Part shown: positions 37,001 through 52,000 of the stretch, in pieces
Position numbering within the stretch: the first letter of the stretch is position 1
Layout: the number at the start of each line of letters is the position of its first letter
DNA from: Balanoglossus misakiensis
Taxonomy: Eukaryota; Animalia; Hemichordata
Length of the DNA: 64,000 bases
Reading direction: 5' to 3'
Assembly: GCA_040954595.2 (NCBI GenBank)
Contig: CM082581.2
Span: forward strand, 2,968,699 to 3,032,698
Made by a program: the position numbers and the translations under genes
The notes under the pieces: model-generated
What the model was told of the DNA's origin: nothing
The model's input: only the letters and a program-made list of their open reading frames with translations
Databases searched by the model: none

Positions 37001-40000
37001 TCTTACCCGTCATTGGCACAAACAGTCTCAGGAAGTAAGCTTTCAGCCTACCAATGTAGCTATTATATTTTCCACTTTTTGTAAGTGAAGCCTGACTGTC
37101 GCCTGTCTTAGGTCACCACTTCATAAGCGGTCTTACCCGTCATTGGCACAAACAGTCTCAGGAAGTAAGCTTTCAGCCTACCAATGTAGCTATTATATTT
37201 TCCACTTTTTGTAAGTGAAGCCTGACTGTCGCCTGTCTTAGGTCACCACTTCATAAGCGGTCTTACCCGTCATTGGCACAAACAGTCTCAGGAAGTAAGC
37301 TTTCAGCCTACCAATGTAGCTATTATATTTTCCACTTTTTGGAAGTGAAGCCTGACTGTCGCCTGTCTTAGGTCACCACTTCATAAGCGGTCTTACCCGT
37401 CATTGGCACAAACAGTCTCAGGAAGTAAGCTTTCAGCCTACCAATGTAGCTATTATATTTTCCACTTTTTGTAAGTGAAGCCTGACTGTCGCCTGTCTTA
37501 GGTCACCACTTCATAAGCGGTCTTACCCGTCATTGGCACAAACAGTCTCAGGAAGTAAGCTTTCAGCCTACCAATGTAGCTATTATATTTTCCACTTTTT
37601 GTAAGTGAAGCCCTACAGTCGCTTGTCTTAGGTCACCACTTCATAAGAGGTCTTACCCGTCATTGGCACAAACAGTCTCAGGAAGTAAGCTTTCAGCCTA
37701 CCAATGTAGCTATTATATTTTCCACTTTTTGTAAGTGAAGCCTGACTGTCGCCTGTCTTAGGTCACCACTTCATAAGCGGTCTTACCCGTCATTGGCACA
37801 AACAGTCTCAGGAAGTAAGCTTTCAGCCTACCAATGTAGCTATTATATTTTCCACTTTTTGTAAGTGAAGCCTGACTGTCGCCTGTCTTAGGTCACCACT
37901 TCATAAGCGGTCTTACCCGTCATTGGCACAAACAGTCTCAGGAAGTAAGCTTTCAGCCTACCAATGTAGCTATTATATTTTCCACTTTTTGGAAGTGAAG
38001 CCTGACTGTCGCCTGTCTTAGGTCACCACTTCATAAGCGGTCTTACCCGTCATTGGCACAAACAGTCTCAGGAAGTAAGCTTTCAGCCTACCAATGTAGC
38101 TATTATATTTTCCACTTTTTGTAAGTGAAGCCTGACTGTCGCCTGTCTTAGGTCACCACTTCATAAGCGGTCTTACCCGTCATTGGCACAAACAGTCTCA
38201 GGAAGTAAGCTTTCAGCCTACCAATGTAGCTATTATATTTTCCACTTTTTGTAAGTGAAGCCCTACAGTCGCTTGTCTTAGGTCACCACTTCATAAGAGG
38301 TCTTACCCGTCATTGGCACAAACAGTCTCAGGAAGTAAGCTTTCAGCCTACCAATGTAGCTATTATATTTTCCACTTTTTGTAAGTGAAGCCTGACAGTC
38401 GCTTGTCTTAGGTCACCACTTCATAAGAGGTCTTACCCGTCATTGGCACAAACAGTCTCAGGAAGTAAGCTTTCAGCCTACCAATGTAGCTATTATATTT
38501 TCCACTTTTTGTAAGTGAAGCCTGACTGTCGCCTGTCTTAGGTCACCACTTCATAAGCGGTCTTACCCGTCATTGGCACAAACAGTCTCAGGAAGTAAGC
38601 TTTCAGCCTACCAATGTAGCTATTATATTTTCCACTTTTTGTAAGTGAAGCCTGACTGTCGCCTGTCTTAGGTCACCACTTCATAAGCGGTCTTACCCGT
38701 CATTGGCACAAACAGTCTCAGGAAGTAAGCTTTCAGCCTACCAATGTAGCTATTATATTTTCCACTTTTTGGAAGTGAAGCCTGACTGTCGCCTGTCTTA
38801 GGTCACCACTTCATAAGCGGTCTTACCCGTCATTGGCACAAACAGTCTCAGGAAGTAAGCTTTCAGCCTACCAATGTAGCTATTATATTTTCCACTTTTT
38901 GTAAGTGAAGCCTGACTGTCGCCTGTCTTAGGTCACCACTTCATAAGCGGTCTTACCCGTCATTGGCACAAACAGTCTCAGGAAGTAAGCTTTCAGCCTA
39001 CCAATGTAGCTATTATATTTTCCACTTTTTGTAAGTGAAGCCCTACAGTCGCTTGTCTTAGGTCACCACTTCATAAGAGGTCTTACCCGTCATTGGCACA
39101 AACAGTCTCAGGAAGTAAGCTTTCAGCCTACCAATGTAGCTATTATATTTTCCACTTTTTGTAAGTGAAGCCTGACTGTCGCCTGTCTTAGGTCACCACT
39201 TCATAAGCGGTCTTACCCGTCATTGGCACAAACAGTCTCAGGAAGTAAGCTTTCAGCCTACCAATATAGCTATTATATTTTCCACTTTTTGGAAGTGAAG
39301 CCTGACTGTCGCCTGTCTTAGGTCACCACTTCATAAGCGGTCTTACCCGTCATTGGCACAGATAGTCTCAGAAAGTAAGCTTTCAGCCTACCAATGTAGC
39401 TATTATATTTTCCACTTTTTGTAAGTGAAGCCTGACTGTCGCCTGTCTTAGGTCACCACTTCATAAGCGATCTTACCCGTCATTGGCACAAACAGTCTCA
39501 GGAAGTAAGCTTTCAGCCTACCAATGTAGCTATTATATTTTCCACTTTTTGTAAGTGAAGCCTGACAGTCGCTTGTCTTAGGTCACCACTTCATAAGAGG
39601 TCTTACCCGTCATTGGCACAAACAGTCTCAGGAAGTAAGCTTTCAGCCTACCAATGTAGCTATTATATTTTCCACTTTTTGTAAGTGAAGCCTGACTGTC
39701 GCCTGTCTTAGGTCACCACTTCATAAGCGGTATTACCCGTCATTGGCACAAACAGTCTCAGGAAGTAAGCTTTCAGCCTACCAATGTAGCTATTATATTT
39801 TCCACTTTTTGTAAGTGAAGCCTTACTGTCGCCTGTCTTAGGTCACCACTTCATAAGCGGTCTTACCCGTCATTGGCACAAACAGTCTCAGGAAGTAAGC
39901 TTTCAGCCTACCAATGTAGCTATTATATTTTCCACTTTTTGTAAGTGAAGCCTGACTGTCGCCTGTCTTAGGTCACCCTTCATAAGAGGTCTTACCCGTC

Positions 40001-43000
40001 ATTGGCACAAACAGTCTCAGGAAGTTAGCTTTCAGCCTACCAATGTAGCTATTATATTTTCCACTTTTTGTAAGTGAAGCCTGACTGTCGCCTGTCTTAG
40101 GTCACCACTTTATAAGCGGTCTTACCCGTCATTGGCACAAACAGTCTCAGGAAGTAAGCTTTCAGCCTACCAATGTAGCTATTATATTTTCCACTTTTTG
40201 TAAGTGAAGCCTGACTGTCGCCTGTCTTAGGTCACCACTTCATAAGCGGTCTTACCCGTCATTGGCACAAACAGTCTCAGGAAGTAAGCTTTCAGCCTAC
40301 CAATGTAGCTATTATATTTTCCACTTTTTGTAAGTGAAGCCTGACTGTCGCCTGTCTTAGGTCACCACTTCATAAGCGGTCTTACCCGTCATTGGCACAA
40401 ACAGTCTCAGGAAGTAAGCTTTCAGCCTACCAATGTAGCTATTATATTTTCCCTTTTTGTAAGTGAAGCCTGACTGTCGCCTGTCTTAGGTCACCCTTCA
40501 TAAGAGGTCTTACCCGTCATTGGCACAAACAGTCTCAGGAAGTTAGCTTTCAGCCTACCAATGTAGCTATTATATTTTCCACTTTTTGTAAGTGAAGCCT
40601 GACTGTCGCCTGTCTTAGGTCACCACTTCATAAGCGGTCTTACCCGTCATTGGCACAAACAGTCTCAGGAAGTAAGCTTTCAGCCTACCAATGTAGCTAT
40701 TATATTTTCCACTTTTTGTAAGTGAAGCCTGACTGTCGCCTGTCTTAGGTCACCACTTCATAAGCGGTCTTACCCGTCATTGGCACAAACAGTCTCAGGA
40801 AGTTAGCTTTCAGCCTACCAATGTAGCTATTATATTTTCCACTTTTTGTAAGTGAAGCCTGACTGTCGCCTGTCTTAGGTCACCACTTCATAAGCGGTCT
40901 TACCCGTCATTGGCACAAACAGTCTCAGGAAGTAAGCTTTCAGCCTACCAATGTAGCTATTATATTTTCCACTTTTTGTAAGTGAAGCCTGACTGTCGCC
41001 TGTCTTAGGTCACCACTTCATAAGCGATCTTACCCGTCATTGGCACAAACAGTCTCAGGAAGTAAGCTTTCAGCCTACCAATGTAGCTATTATATTTTCC
41101 ACTTTTTGTAAGTGAAGCCTGACAGTCGCTTGTCTTAGGTCACCACTTCATAAGAGGTCTTACCCGTCATTGGCACAAACAGTCTCAGGAAGTAAGCTTT
41201 CAGCCTACCAATGTAGCTATTATATTTTCCACTTTTTGTAAGTGAAGCCTGACTGTCGCCTGTCTTAGGTCACCACTTCATAAGCGGTCTTACCCGTCAT
41301 TGGCACAAACAGTCTCAGGAAGTAAGCTTTCAGCCTACCAATGTAGCTATTATATTTTCCCTTTTTGTAAGTGAAGCCTGACTGTCGCCTGTCTTAGGTC
41401 ACCCTTCATAAGAGGTCTTACCCGTCATTGGCACAAACAGTCTCAGGAAGTTAGCTTTCAGCCTACCAATGTAGCTATTATATTTTCCACTTTTTGTAAG
41501 TGAAGCCTGACTGTCGCCTGTCTTAGGTCACCACTTCATAAGCGGTCTTACCCGTCATTGGCACAAACAGTCTCAGGAAGTAAGCTTTCAGCCTACCAAT
41601 GTAGCTATTATATTTTCCACTTTTTGTAAGTGAAGCCTGACTGTCGCCTGTCTTAGGTCACCACTTCATAAGCGGTCTTACCCGTCATTGGCACAAACAG
41701 TCTCAGGAAGTAAGCTTTCAGCCTACCAATGTAGCTATTATATTTTCCCTTTTTGTAAGTGAAGCCTGACTGTCGCCTGTCTTAGGTCACCCTTCATAAG
41801 AGGTCTTACCCGCCATTGGCACAAACAGTCTCAGGAAGTTAGCTTTCAGCCTACCAATGTAGCTATTATATTTTCCACTTTTTGTAAGTGAAGCCTGACT
41901 GTCGCCTGTCTTAGGTCACCACTTCATAAGCGGTCTTACCCGTCATTGGCACAAACAGTCTCAGGAAGTAAGCTTTCAGCCTACCAATGTAGCTATTATA
42001 TTTTCCACTTTTTGTAAGTGAAGCCTGACTGTCGCCTGTCTTAGGTCACCACTTCATAAGCGGTCTTACCCGTCATTGGCACAAACAGTCTCAGGAAGTA
42101 AGCTTTCAGCCTACCAATGTAGCTATTATATTTTCCCTTTTTGTAAGTGAAGCCTGACTGTCGCCTGTCTTAGGTCACCCTTCATAAGAGGTCTTACCCG
42201 TCATTGGCACAAACAGTCTCAGGAAGTTAGCTTTCAGCCTACCAATGTAGCTATTATATTTTCCACTTTTTGTAAGTGAAGCCTGACTGTCGCCTGTCTT
42301 AGGTCACCACTTCATAAGCGGTCTTACCCGTCATTGGCACAAACAGTCTCAGGAAGTAAGCTTTCAGCCTACCAATGTAGCTATTATATTTTCCACTTTT
42401 TGTAAGTGAAGCCTGACTGTCGCCTGTCTTAGGTCACCACTTCATAAGCGATCTTACCCGTCATTGGCACAAACAGTCTCAGGAAGTAAGCTTTCAGCCT
42501 ACCAATGTAGCTATTATATTTTCCACTTTTTGTAAGTGAAGCCTGACAGTCGCTTGTCTTAGGTCACCACTTCATAAGAGGTCTTACCCGTCATTGGCAC
42601 AAACAGTCTCAGGAAGTAAGCTTTCAGCCTACCAATGTAGCTATTATATTTTCCACTTTTTGTAAGTGAAGCCTGACTGTCGCCTGTCTTAGGTCACCAC
42701 TTCATAAGCGGTCTTACCCGTCATTGGCACAAACAGTCTCAGGAAGTAAGCTTTCAGCCTACCAATGTAGCTATTATATTTTCCACTTTTTGTAAGTGAA
42801 GCCTGACTGTCGCCTGTCTTAGGTCACCACTTCATAAGCGGTCTTACCCGTCATTGGCACAAACAGTCTCAGGAAGTAAGCTTTCAGCCTACCAATGTAG
42901 CTATTATATTTTCCCTTTTTGTAAGTGAAGCCTGACTGTCGCCTGTCTTAGGTCACCCTTCATAAGAGGTCTTACCCGTCATTGGCACAAACAGTCTCAG

Positions 43001-46000
43001 GAAGTTAGCTTTCAGCCTACCAATGTAGCTATTATATTTTCCACTTTTTGTAAGTGAAGCCTGACTGTCGCCTGTCTTAGGTCACCACTTCATAAGCGGT
43101 CTTACCCGTCATTGGCACAAACAGTCTCAGGAAGTAAGCTTTCAGCCTACCAATGTAGCTATTATATTTTCCACTTTTTGTAAGTGAAGCCTGACTGTAG
43201 CCTGTCTTAGGTCACCACTTCATAAGCGATCTTACCCGTCATTGGCACAAACAGTCTCAGGAAGTAAGCTTTCAGCCTACCAATGTAGCTATTATATTTT
43301 CCACTTTTTGTAAGTGAAGCCTGACAGTCGCTTGTCTTAGGTCACCACTTCATAAGAGGTCTTACCCGTCATTGGCACAAACAGTCTCAGGAAGTAAGCT
43401 TTCAGCCTACCAATGTAGCTATTATATTTTCCACTTTTTGTAAGTGAAGCCTGACTGTCGCCTGTCTTAGGTCACCACTTCATAAGCGGTCTTACCCGTC
43501 ATTGGCACAAACAGTCTCAGGAAGTAAGCTTTCAGCCTACCAATGTAGCTATTATATTTTCCACTTTTTGTAAGTGAAGCCTGACTGTCGCCTGTCTTAG
43601 GTCACCACTTCATAAGCGGTCTTACCCGTCATTGGCACAAACAGTCTCAGGAAGTAAGCTTTCAGCCTACCAATGTAGCTATTATATTTTCCACTTTTTG
43701 TAAGTGAAGCCTGACTGTCGCCTGTCTTAGGTCACCACTTCATAAGCGGTCTTACCCGTCATTGGCACAAACAGTCTCAGGAAGTAAGCTTTCAGCCTAC
43801 CAATGTAGCTATTATATTTTCCCTTTTTGTAAGTGAAGCCTGACTGTCGCCTGTCTTAGGTCACCCTTCATAAGAGGTCTTACCCGTCATTGGCACAAAC
43901 AGTCTCAGGAAGTAAGCTTTCAGCCTACCAATATAGCTATTATATTTTCCACTTTTTGTAAGTGAAGCCTGACTGTCGCCTGTCTTAGGTCACCACTTCA
44001 TAAGCGGTCTTACCCGTCATTGGCACAAACAGTCTCAGGAAGTAAGCTTTCAGCCTACCAATGTAGCTATTATATTTTCCACTTTTTGTAAGTGAAGCCT
44101 GACTGTCGCCTGTCTTAGGTCACCACTTTATAAGCGGTCTTACCCGTCATTGGCACAAACAGTCTCAGGAAGTTAGCTTTCAGCCTACCAATGTAGCTAT
44201 TATATTTTCCACTTTTTGTAAGTGAAGCCTGACTGTCGCCTGTCTTAGGTCACCACTTCATAAGCGGTTATACCCGTCATTGGCACAAACAGTCTCAGGA
44301 AGTAAGCTTTCAGCCTACCAATGTAGCTATTATATTTTCCACTTTTTGTAAGTGAAGCCTGACTGTCGCCTGTCTTAGGTCACCACTTCATAAGAGGTCT
44401 TACCCGTCATTGGCACAAACAGTCTCAGGAAGTAAGCTTTCAGCCTACCAATATAGCTATTATATTTTCCACTTTTTGTAAGTGAAGCCTGACTGTCGCC
44501 TGTCTTAGGTCACCACTTCATAAGCGGTCTTACCCGTCATTGGCACAAACAGTCTCAGGAAGTAAGCTTTCAGCCTACCAATGTAGGTATTATATTTTCC
44601 ACTTTTTGTAAGTGAAGCCTGACTGTCGCCTGTCTTAGGTCACCACTTCATAAGCGGTCTTACCCGTCATTGGCACAAACAGTCTCAGGAAGTAAGCTTT
44701 CAGCCTACCAATGTAGCTATTATATTTTCCCTTTTTGTAAGTGAAGCCTGACTGTCGCCTGTCTTAGGTCACCACTTCATAAGAGGTCTTACCCGTCATT
44801 GGCACAAACAGTCTCAGGAAGTAAGCTTTCAGCCTACCAATGTAGCTATTATATTTTCCACTTTTTGTAAGTGAAGCCTGACTGTCGCCTGTCTTAGGTC
44901 ACCACTTCATAAGCGGTCTTACCCGTCATAGGCACAAACAGTCTCAGGAAGTAAGCTTTCAGCCTACCAATGTAGCTATTATATTTTCCACTTTTTGTAA
45001 GTGAAGCCTGACTGTCGCCTGTCTTAGGTCACCACTTCATAAGCGATCTTACCCGTCATTGGCACAAACAGTCTCAGGAAGTAAGCTTTCAGCCTACCAA
45101 TGTAGCTATTATATTTTCCACTTTTTGTAAGTGAAGCCTGACTGTCGCCTGTCTTAGGTCACCACTTCATAAGAGGTCTTACCCTTCATTGGCACAAACA
45201 GTCTCAGGAAGTAAGCTTTCAGCCTACCAATGAAGCTATTATATTTTCCACTTTTTGTAAGTGAAGCCTGACAGTCGCTTGTCTTAGGTCACCACTTCAT
45301 TAGAGGTCTTACCCGTCATTGGCACAAACAGTCTCAGGAAGTAAGCTTTCAGCCTACCAATGTAGCTATTATATTTTCCACTTTTTGTAAGTGAAGCCTG
45401 ACTGTCGCCTGTCTTAGGTCACCACTTCATAAGCGGTCTTACCCGTCATTGGCACAAACAGTCTCAGGAAGTAAGCTTTCAGCCTACCAATGTAGCTATT
45501 ATATTTTCCACTTTTTGTAAGTGAAGCCTGACTGTCGCCTGTCTTAGGTCACCACTTCATAAGCGGTCTTACCCGTCATTGGCACAAACAGTCTCAGGAA
45601 GTAAGCTTTCAGCCTACCAATATAGCTATTATATTTTCCACTTTTTGTAAGTGAAGCCTGACTGTCGCCTGTCTTAGGTCACCCTTCATAAGCGGTCTTA
45701 CCCGTCATTGGCACAAACAGTCTCAGGAAGTAAGCTTTCAGCCTACCAATGTAGCTATTATATTTTCCACTTTTTGTAAGTGAAGCCAGAATTTCGCCTG
45801 TCTTAGGTCACCACTTCATAAGCGGTCTTACCCGTCATTGGCACAAACAGTCTCAGGAAGTAAGCTTTCAGCCTACCAATGTAGCTATTATATTTTCCCT
45901 TTTTGTAAGTGAAGCCTGACTGTCGCCTGTCTTAGGTCACCACTTCATAAGCGGTCTTACCCGTCATTGGCTCAAACAGTCTCAGGAAGTAAGCTTTCAG

Positions 46001-49000
46001 CCTACCAATATAGCTATTATATTTTTCACTTTTTGGAAGTGAAGCCTGACTGTCGCCTGTCTTAGGTCACCACTTCATAAACGGTCTTACCCGTCATTGG
46101 CACAAACAGTCTCAGGAAGTAAGCTTTCAGCCTACCAATGTAGCTATTATATTTTCCACTTTTTGTAAGTGAAGCCTGACTGTCGCCTGTCTTAGGTCAC
46201 CACTTCATAAGCGGTCTAACCCGTCATTGGCACAAACAGTCTCAGGAAGTAAGCTTTCAGCCTACCAATATAGCTATTGTATTTTCCACTTTTTGGAAGT
46301 GAAGCCTGACTGTCGCCTGTCTTAGGTCACCACTTCATAAGCGGTCTTACCCGTCATTGGCACAAACACTATCAGGAAGTAAGCTTTCAGCCTACCAATA
46401 TAGCTATTATATTTTTCACTTTTTGGAAGTGAAGCCTGACTGTCGCCTGTCTTAGGTCACCACTTCAAAAGCGGTCTTACCCGTCATTGGCAAAAACAGT
46501 CTCAGGAAGTAAGCTTTCAGCCTACCAATGTAGCTATTATATTTTCCACTTTTTGTAAGTGAAGCCTGACTGTCGCCTGTCTTAGGTCACCACTTCATAA
46601 GCGGTCTTACCCGTCATTGGCACAAACAGTCTCAGGAAGTAAGCTTTCAGCCTACCAATGTAGCTATTATATTTTCCCTTTTTGTAAGTGAAGCCTGACT
46701 GTCGCCTGTCTTAGGTCACCCTTCATAAGAGGTCTTACCCGTCATTGGCACAAACAGTCTCAGGAAGTAAGCTTTCAGCCTACCAATATAGCTATTATAT
46801 TTTTCACTTTTTGGAAGTGAAGCCTGACTGTCGCCTGTCTTAGGTCACCACTTCATAAGCGGTCTTACCCGTCATTGGCACAAACAGTCTCAGGAAGTAA
46901 GCTTTCAGCCTACCAATGTAGCTATTATATTTTCCCTTTTTGTAAGTGAAGCCTGACTGTCGCCTGTCTTAGGTCACCACTTCATAAGCGGTCTTACCCG
47001 TCATTGGCTCAAACAGTCTCAGGAAGTAAGCTTTCAGCCTACCAATATAGCTATTATATTTTTCACTTTTTGGAAGTGAAGCCTGACTGTCGCCTGTCTT
47101 AGGTCACCACTTCATAAACGGTCTTACCCGTCATTGGCACAAACAGTCTCAGGAAGTAAGCTTTCAGCCTACCAATGTAGCTATTATATTTTCCACTTTT
47201 TGTAAGTGAAGCCTGACTGTCGCCTGTCTTAGGTCACCACTTCATAAGCGGTCTAACCCGTCATTGGCACAAACAGTCTCAGGAAGTAAGCTTTCAGCCT
47301 ACCAATATAGCTATTGTATTTTCCACTTTTTGGAAGTGAAGCCTGACTGTCGCCTGTCTTAGGTCACCACTTCATAAGCGGTCTTACCCGTCATTGGCAC
47401 AAACACTATCAGGAAGTAAGCTTTCAGCCTACCAATATAGCTATTATATTTTTCACTTTTTGGAAGTGAAGCCTGACTGTCGCCTGTCTTAGGTCACCAC
47501 TTCAAAAGCGGTCTTACCCGTCATTGGCAAAAACAGTCTCAGGAAGTAAGCTTTCAGCCTACCAATGTAGCTATTATATTTTCCACTTTTTGTAAGTGAA
47601 GCCTGACTGTCGCCTGTCTTAGGTCACCACTTCATAAGCGGTCTTACCCGTCATTGGCACAAACAGTCTCAGGAAGTAAGCTTTCAGCCTACCAATGTAG
47701 CTATTATATTTTCCCTTTTTGTAAGTGAAGCCTGACTGTCGCCTGTCTTAGGTCACCCTTCATAAGAGGTCTTACCCGTCATTGGCACAAACAGTCTCAG
47801 GAAGTAAGCTTTCAGCCTACCAATATAGCTATTATATTTTTCACTTTTTGGAAGTGAAGCCTGACTGTCGCCTGTCTTAGGTCACCACTTCATAAGCGGT
47901 CTTACCCGTCATTGGCACAAACAGTCTCAGGAAGTAAGCTTTCAGCCTACCAATGTAGCTATTATATTTTCCACTTTTTGTAAGTGAAGCCTGACTGTCG
48001 CCTGTCTTAGGTCACCACTTCATAAGCGGTCTTACCCGTCATTGGCACAAACAGTCTCAGGAAGTAAGCTTTCAGCCTACCATTGTAGCTATTATATTTT
48101 CCACTTTTTGTAAGTGAAGCCTGACTGTCGCCTGTCTTAGGTCACCACTTCATAAGCGATCTTACCCGTCATTGGCACAAACAGTCTCAGGAAGTAAGCT
48201 TTCAGCCTACCATTGTAGCTATTATATTTTCCACTTTTTGTAAGTGAAGCCTGACTGTCGCCTGTCTTAGGTCACCACTTCATAAGCGATCTTACCCGTC
48301 ATTGGCACAAACAGTCTCAGGAAGTAAGCTTTCAGCCTACCAATGTAGCTATTATATTTTCCACTTTTTATAAGTGAAGCCGGACTGTCGCCTGTCTTAG
48401 GTCACCACTTCATAAGCGGTCTTACCCGTCATTGGCACAAACAGTCTCAGGAAGTAAGCTTTCAGCCTACCAATATAGGTATTATATTTTCCACTTTTTG
48501 GAAGTGAAGCCTGACTGTCGCCTGTCTTAGGTCACCACTTCATAAGCGGTCTTACCCGTCATTGGCACAAACACTATCAGGAAGTAAGCTTTCAGCCTAC
48601 CAATGTACCTATTATATTTTTCACTTTTTGGAAGTGAAGCCTGACTGTCGCCTGTCTTAGGTCAACACTTCATAAGCGGTCTTACCCGTCATTGGCAAAA
48701 ACAGTCTCAGGAAGTAAGCTTTCAGCCTACCAATGTAGCTATTATATTTTTCACTTTTCGGAAGTGAAGCCTGACTGTCGCCTGTCTTAGGTCGCCACTT
48801 CATAAGCGGTCTTACCCGTCATTGGCACAAACAGTCTCAGGAAGTAAGCTTTCAGCCTACCAATGTAGCTATTATATTTTCCACTTTTTGTAAGTGAAGC
48901 CGGACTGTCGCCTGTCTTAGGTCACCACTTCATAAGCGGTCTTACCCGTCATTGGCACAAACAGTCTCAGGAAGTAAGCTTTCAGCCTACCAATATAGGT

Positions 49001-52000
49001 ATTATATTTTCCACTTTTTGGAAGTGAAGCCTGACTGTCGCCTGTCTTAGGTCACCACTTCATAAGCGGTCTTACCCGTCATTGGCACAAACACTATCAG
49101 GAAGTAAGCTTTCAGCCTACCAATGTACCTATTATATTTTTCACTTTTTGGAAGTGAAGCCTGACTGTCGCCTGTCTTAGGTCAACACTTCATAAGCGGT
49201 CTTACCCGTCATTGGCAAAAACAGTCTCAGGAAGTAAGCTTTCAGCCTACCAATGTAGCTATTATATTTTTCACTTTTCGGAAGTGAAGCCTGACTGTCG
49301 CCTGTCTTAGGTCGCCACTTCATAAGCGGTCTTACCCGTCATTGGCACAAACAGTCTCAGGAAGTAAGCTTTCAGCCTACCAATGTAGCTATTATATTTT
49401 CCCTTTTTGTAAGTGAAGCCTGACTGTCGCCTGTCTTAGGTCACCCTTCATAAGAGGTCTTACCCGTCATTGGCACAAACAGTCTCAGGAAGTAAGCTTT
49501 CAGCCTACCAATATAGCTATTATATTTTTCACTTTTTGGAAGTGAAGCCTGACTGTCGCCTGTCTTAGGTCACCACTTCATAAGCGGTCTTACCCGTCAT
49601 TGGCACAAACAGTCTCAGGAAGTAAGCTTTCAGCCTACCAATGTAGCTATTATATTTTCCACTTTTTGTAAGTGAAGCCTGACTGTCGCCTGTCTTAGGT
49701 CACCACTTCATAAGCGGTCTTACCCGTCATTGGCACAAACAGTCTCAGGAAGTAAGCTTTCAGCCTACCATTGTAGCTATTATATTTTCCACTTTTTGTA
49801 AGTGAAGCCTGACTGTCGCCTGTCTTAGGTCACCACTTCATAAGCGATCTTACCCGTCATTGGCACAAACAGTCTCAGGAAGTAAGCTTTCAGCCTACCA
49901 TTGTAGCTATTATATTTTCCACTTTTTGTAAGTGAAGCCTGACTGTCGCCTGTCTTAGGTCACCACTTCATAAGCGGTCTTACCCGTCATTGGCACAAAC
50001 AGTCTCAGGAAGTAAGCTTTCAGCCTACCAATGTAGCTATTATATTTTCCCTTTTTGTAAGTGAAGCCTGACTGTCGCCTGTCTTAGGTCACCCTTCATA
50101 AGAGGTCTTACCCGTCATTGGCACAAACAGTCTCAGGAAGTAAGCTTTCAGCCTACCAATATAGCTATTATATTTTTCACTTTTTGGAAGTGAAGCCTGA
50201 CTGTCGCCTGTCTTAGGTCACCACTTCATAAGCGGTCTTACCCGTCATTGGCACAAACAGTCTCAGGAAGTAAGCTTTCAGCCTACCAATGTAGCTATTA
50301 TATTTTCCACTTTTTGTAAGTGAAGCCTGACTGTCGCCTTTCTTAGGTCACCACTTCATAAGCGGTCTTACCCGTCATTGGCACAAACAGTCTCAGGAAG
50401 TAAGCTTTCAGCCTACCATTGTAGCTATTATATTTTCCACTTTTTGTAAGTGAAGCCTGACTGTCGCCTGTCTTAGGTCACCACTTCATAAGCGGTCTTA
50501 CCCGTCATTGGCACAAACAGTCTCAGGAAGTAAGCTTTCAGCCTACCAATGTAGCTATTATATTTTCCCTTTTTGTAAGTGAAGCCTGACTGTCGCCTGT
50601 CTTAGGTCACCCTTCATAAGAGGTCTTACCCGTCATTGGCACAAACAGTCTCAGGAAGTAAGCTTTCAGCCTACCAATATAGCTATTATATTTTTCACTT
50701 TTTGGAAGTGAAGCCTGACTGTCGCCTGTCTTAGGTCACCACTTCATAAGCGGTCTTACCCGTCATTGGCACAAACAGTCTCAGGAAGTAAGCTTTCAGC
50801 CTACCAATGTAGCTATTATATTTTCCACTTTTTGTAAGTGAAGCCTGACTGTCGCCTGTCTTAGGTCACCACTTCATAAGCGGTCTTACCCGTCATTGGC
50901 ACAAACAGTCTCAGGAAGTAAGCTTTCAGCCTACCATTGTAGCTATTATATTTTCCACTTTTTGTAAGTGAAGCCTGACTGTCGCCTGTCTTAGGTCACC
51001 ACTTCATAAGCGATCTTACCCGTCATTGGCACAAACAGTCTCAGGAAGTAAGCTTTCAGCCTACCATTGTAGCTATTATATTTTCCACTTTTTGTAAGTG
51101 AAGCCTGACTGTCGCCTGTCTTAGGTCACCACTTCATAAGCGATCTTACCCGTCATTGGCACAAACAGTCTCAGGAAGTAAGCTTTCAGCCTACCAATGT
51201 AGCTATTATATTTTCCACTTTTTGTAAGTGAAGCCGGACTGTCGCCTGTCTTAGGTCACCACTTCATAAGCGGTCTTACCCGTCATTGGCACAAACAGTC
51301 TCAGGAAGTAAGCTTTCAGCCTACCAATATAGGTATTATATTTTCCACTTTTTGGAAGTGAAGCCTGACTGTCGCCTGTCTTAGGTCACCACTTCATAAG
51401 CGGTCTTACCCGTCATTGGCACAAACACTATCAGGAAGTAAGCTTTCAGCCTACCAATGTACCTATTATATTTTTCACTTTTTGGAAGTGAAGCCTGACT
51501 GTCGCCTGTCTTAGGTCAACACTTCATAAGCGGTCTTACCCGTCATTGGCAAAAACAGTCTCAGGAAGTAAGCTTTCAGCCTACCAATGTAGCTATTATA
51601 TTTTTCACTTTTCGGAAGTGAAGCCTGACTGTCGCCTGTCTTAGGTCGCCACTTCATAAGCGGTCTTACCCGTCATTGGCACAAACAGTCTCAGGAAGTA
51701 AGCTTTCAGCCTACCAATGTAGCTATTATATTTTTCACTTTTCGGAAGTGAAGCCTGACTGTCGCCTGTCTTAGGTCGCCACTTCATAAGCGGTCTTACC
51801 CGTCATTGGCACAAACAGTCTCAGGAAGTAAGCTTTCAGCCTACCAATGTAGCTATTATATTTTCCACTTTTTGTAAGTGAAGCCTGACTGTCGCCTGTC
51901 TTAGGTCACCACTTCATAAGAGGTCTTACCCGTCATTGGCACAAACAGTCTCAGGAAGTAAGCTTTCAGCCTACCAATGTAGCTATTATATTTTCCACTT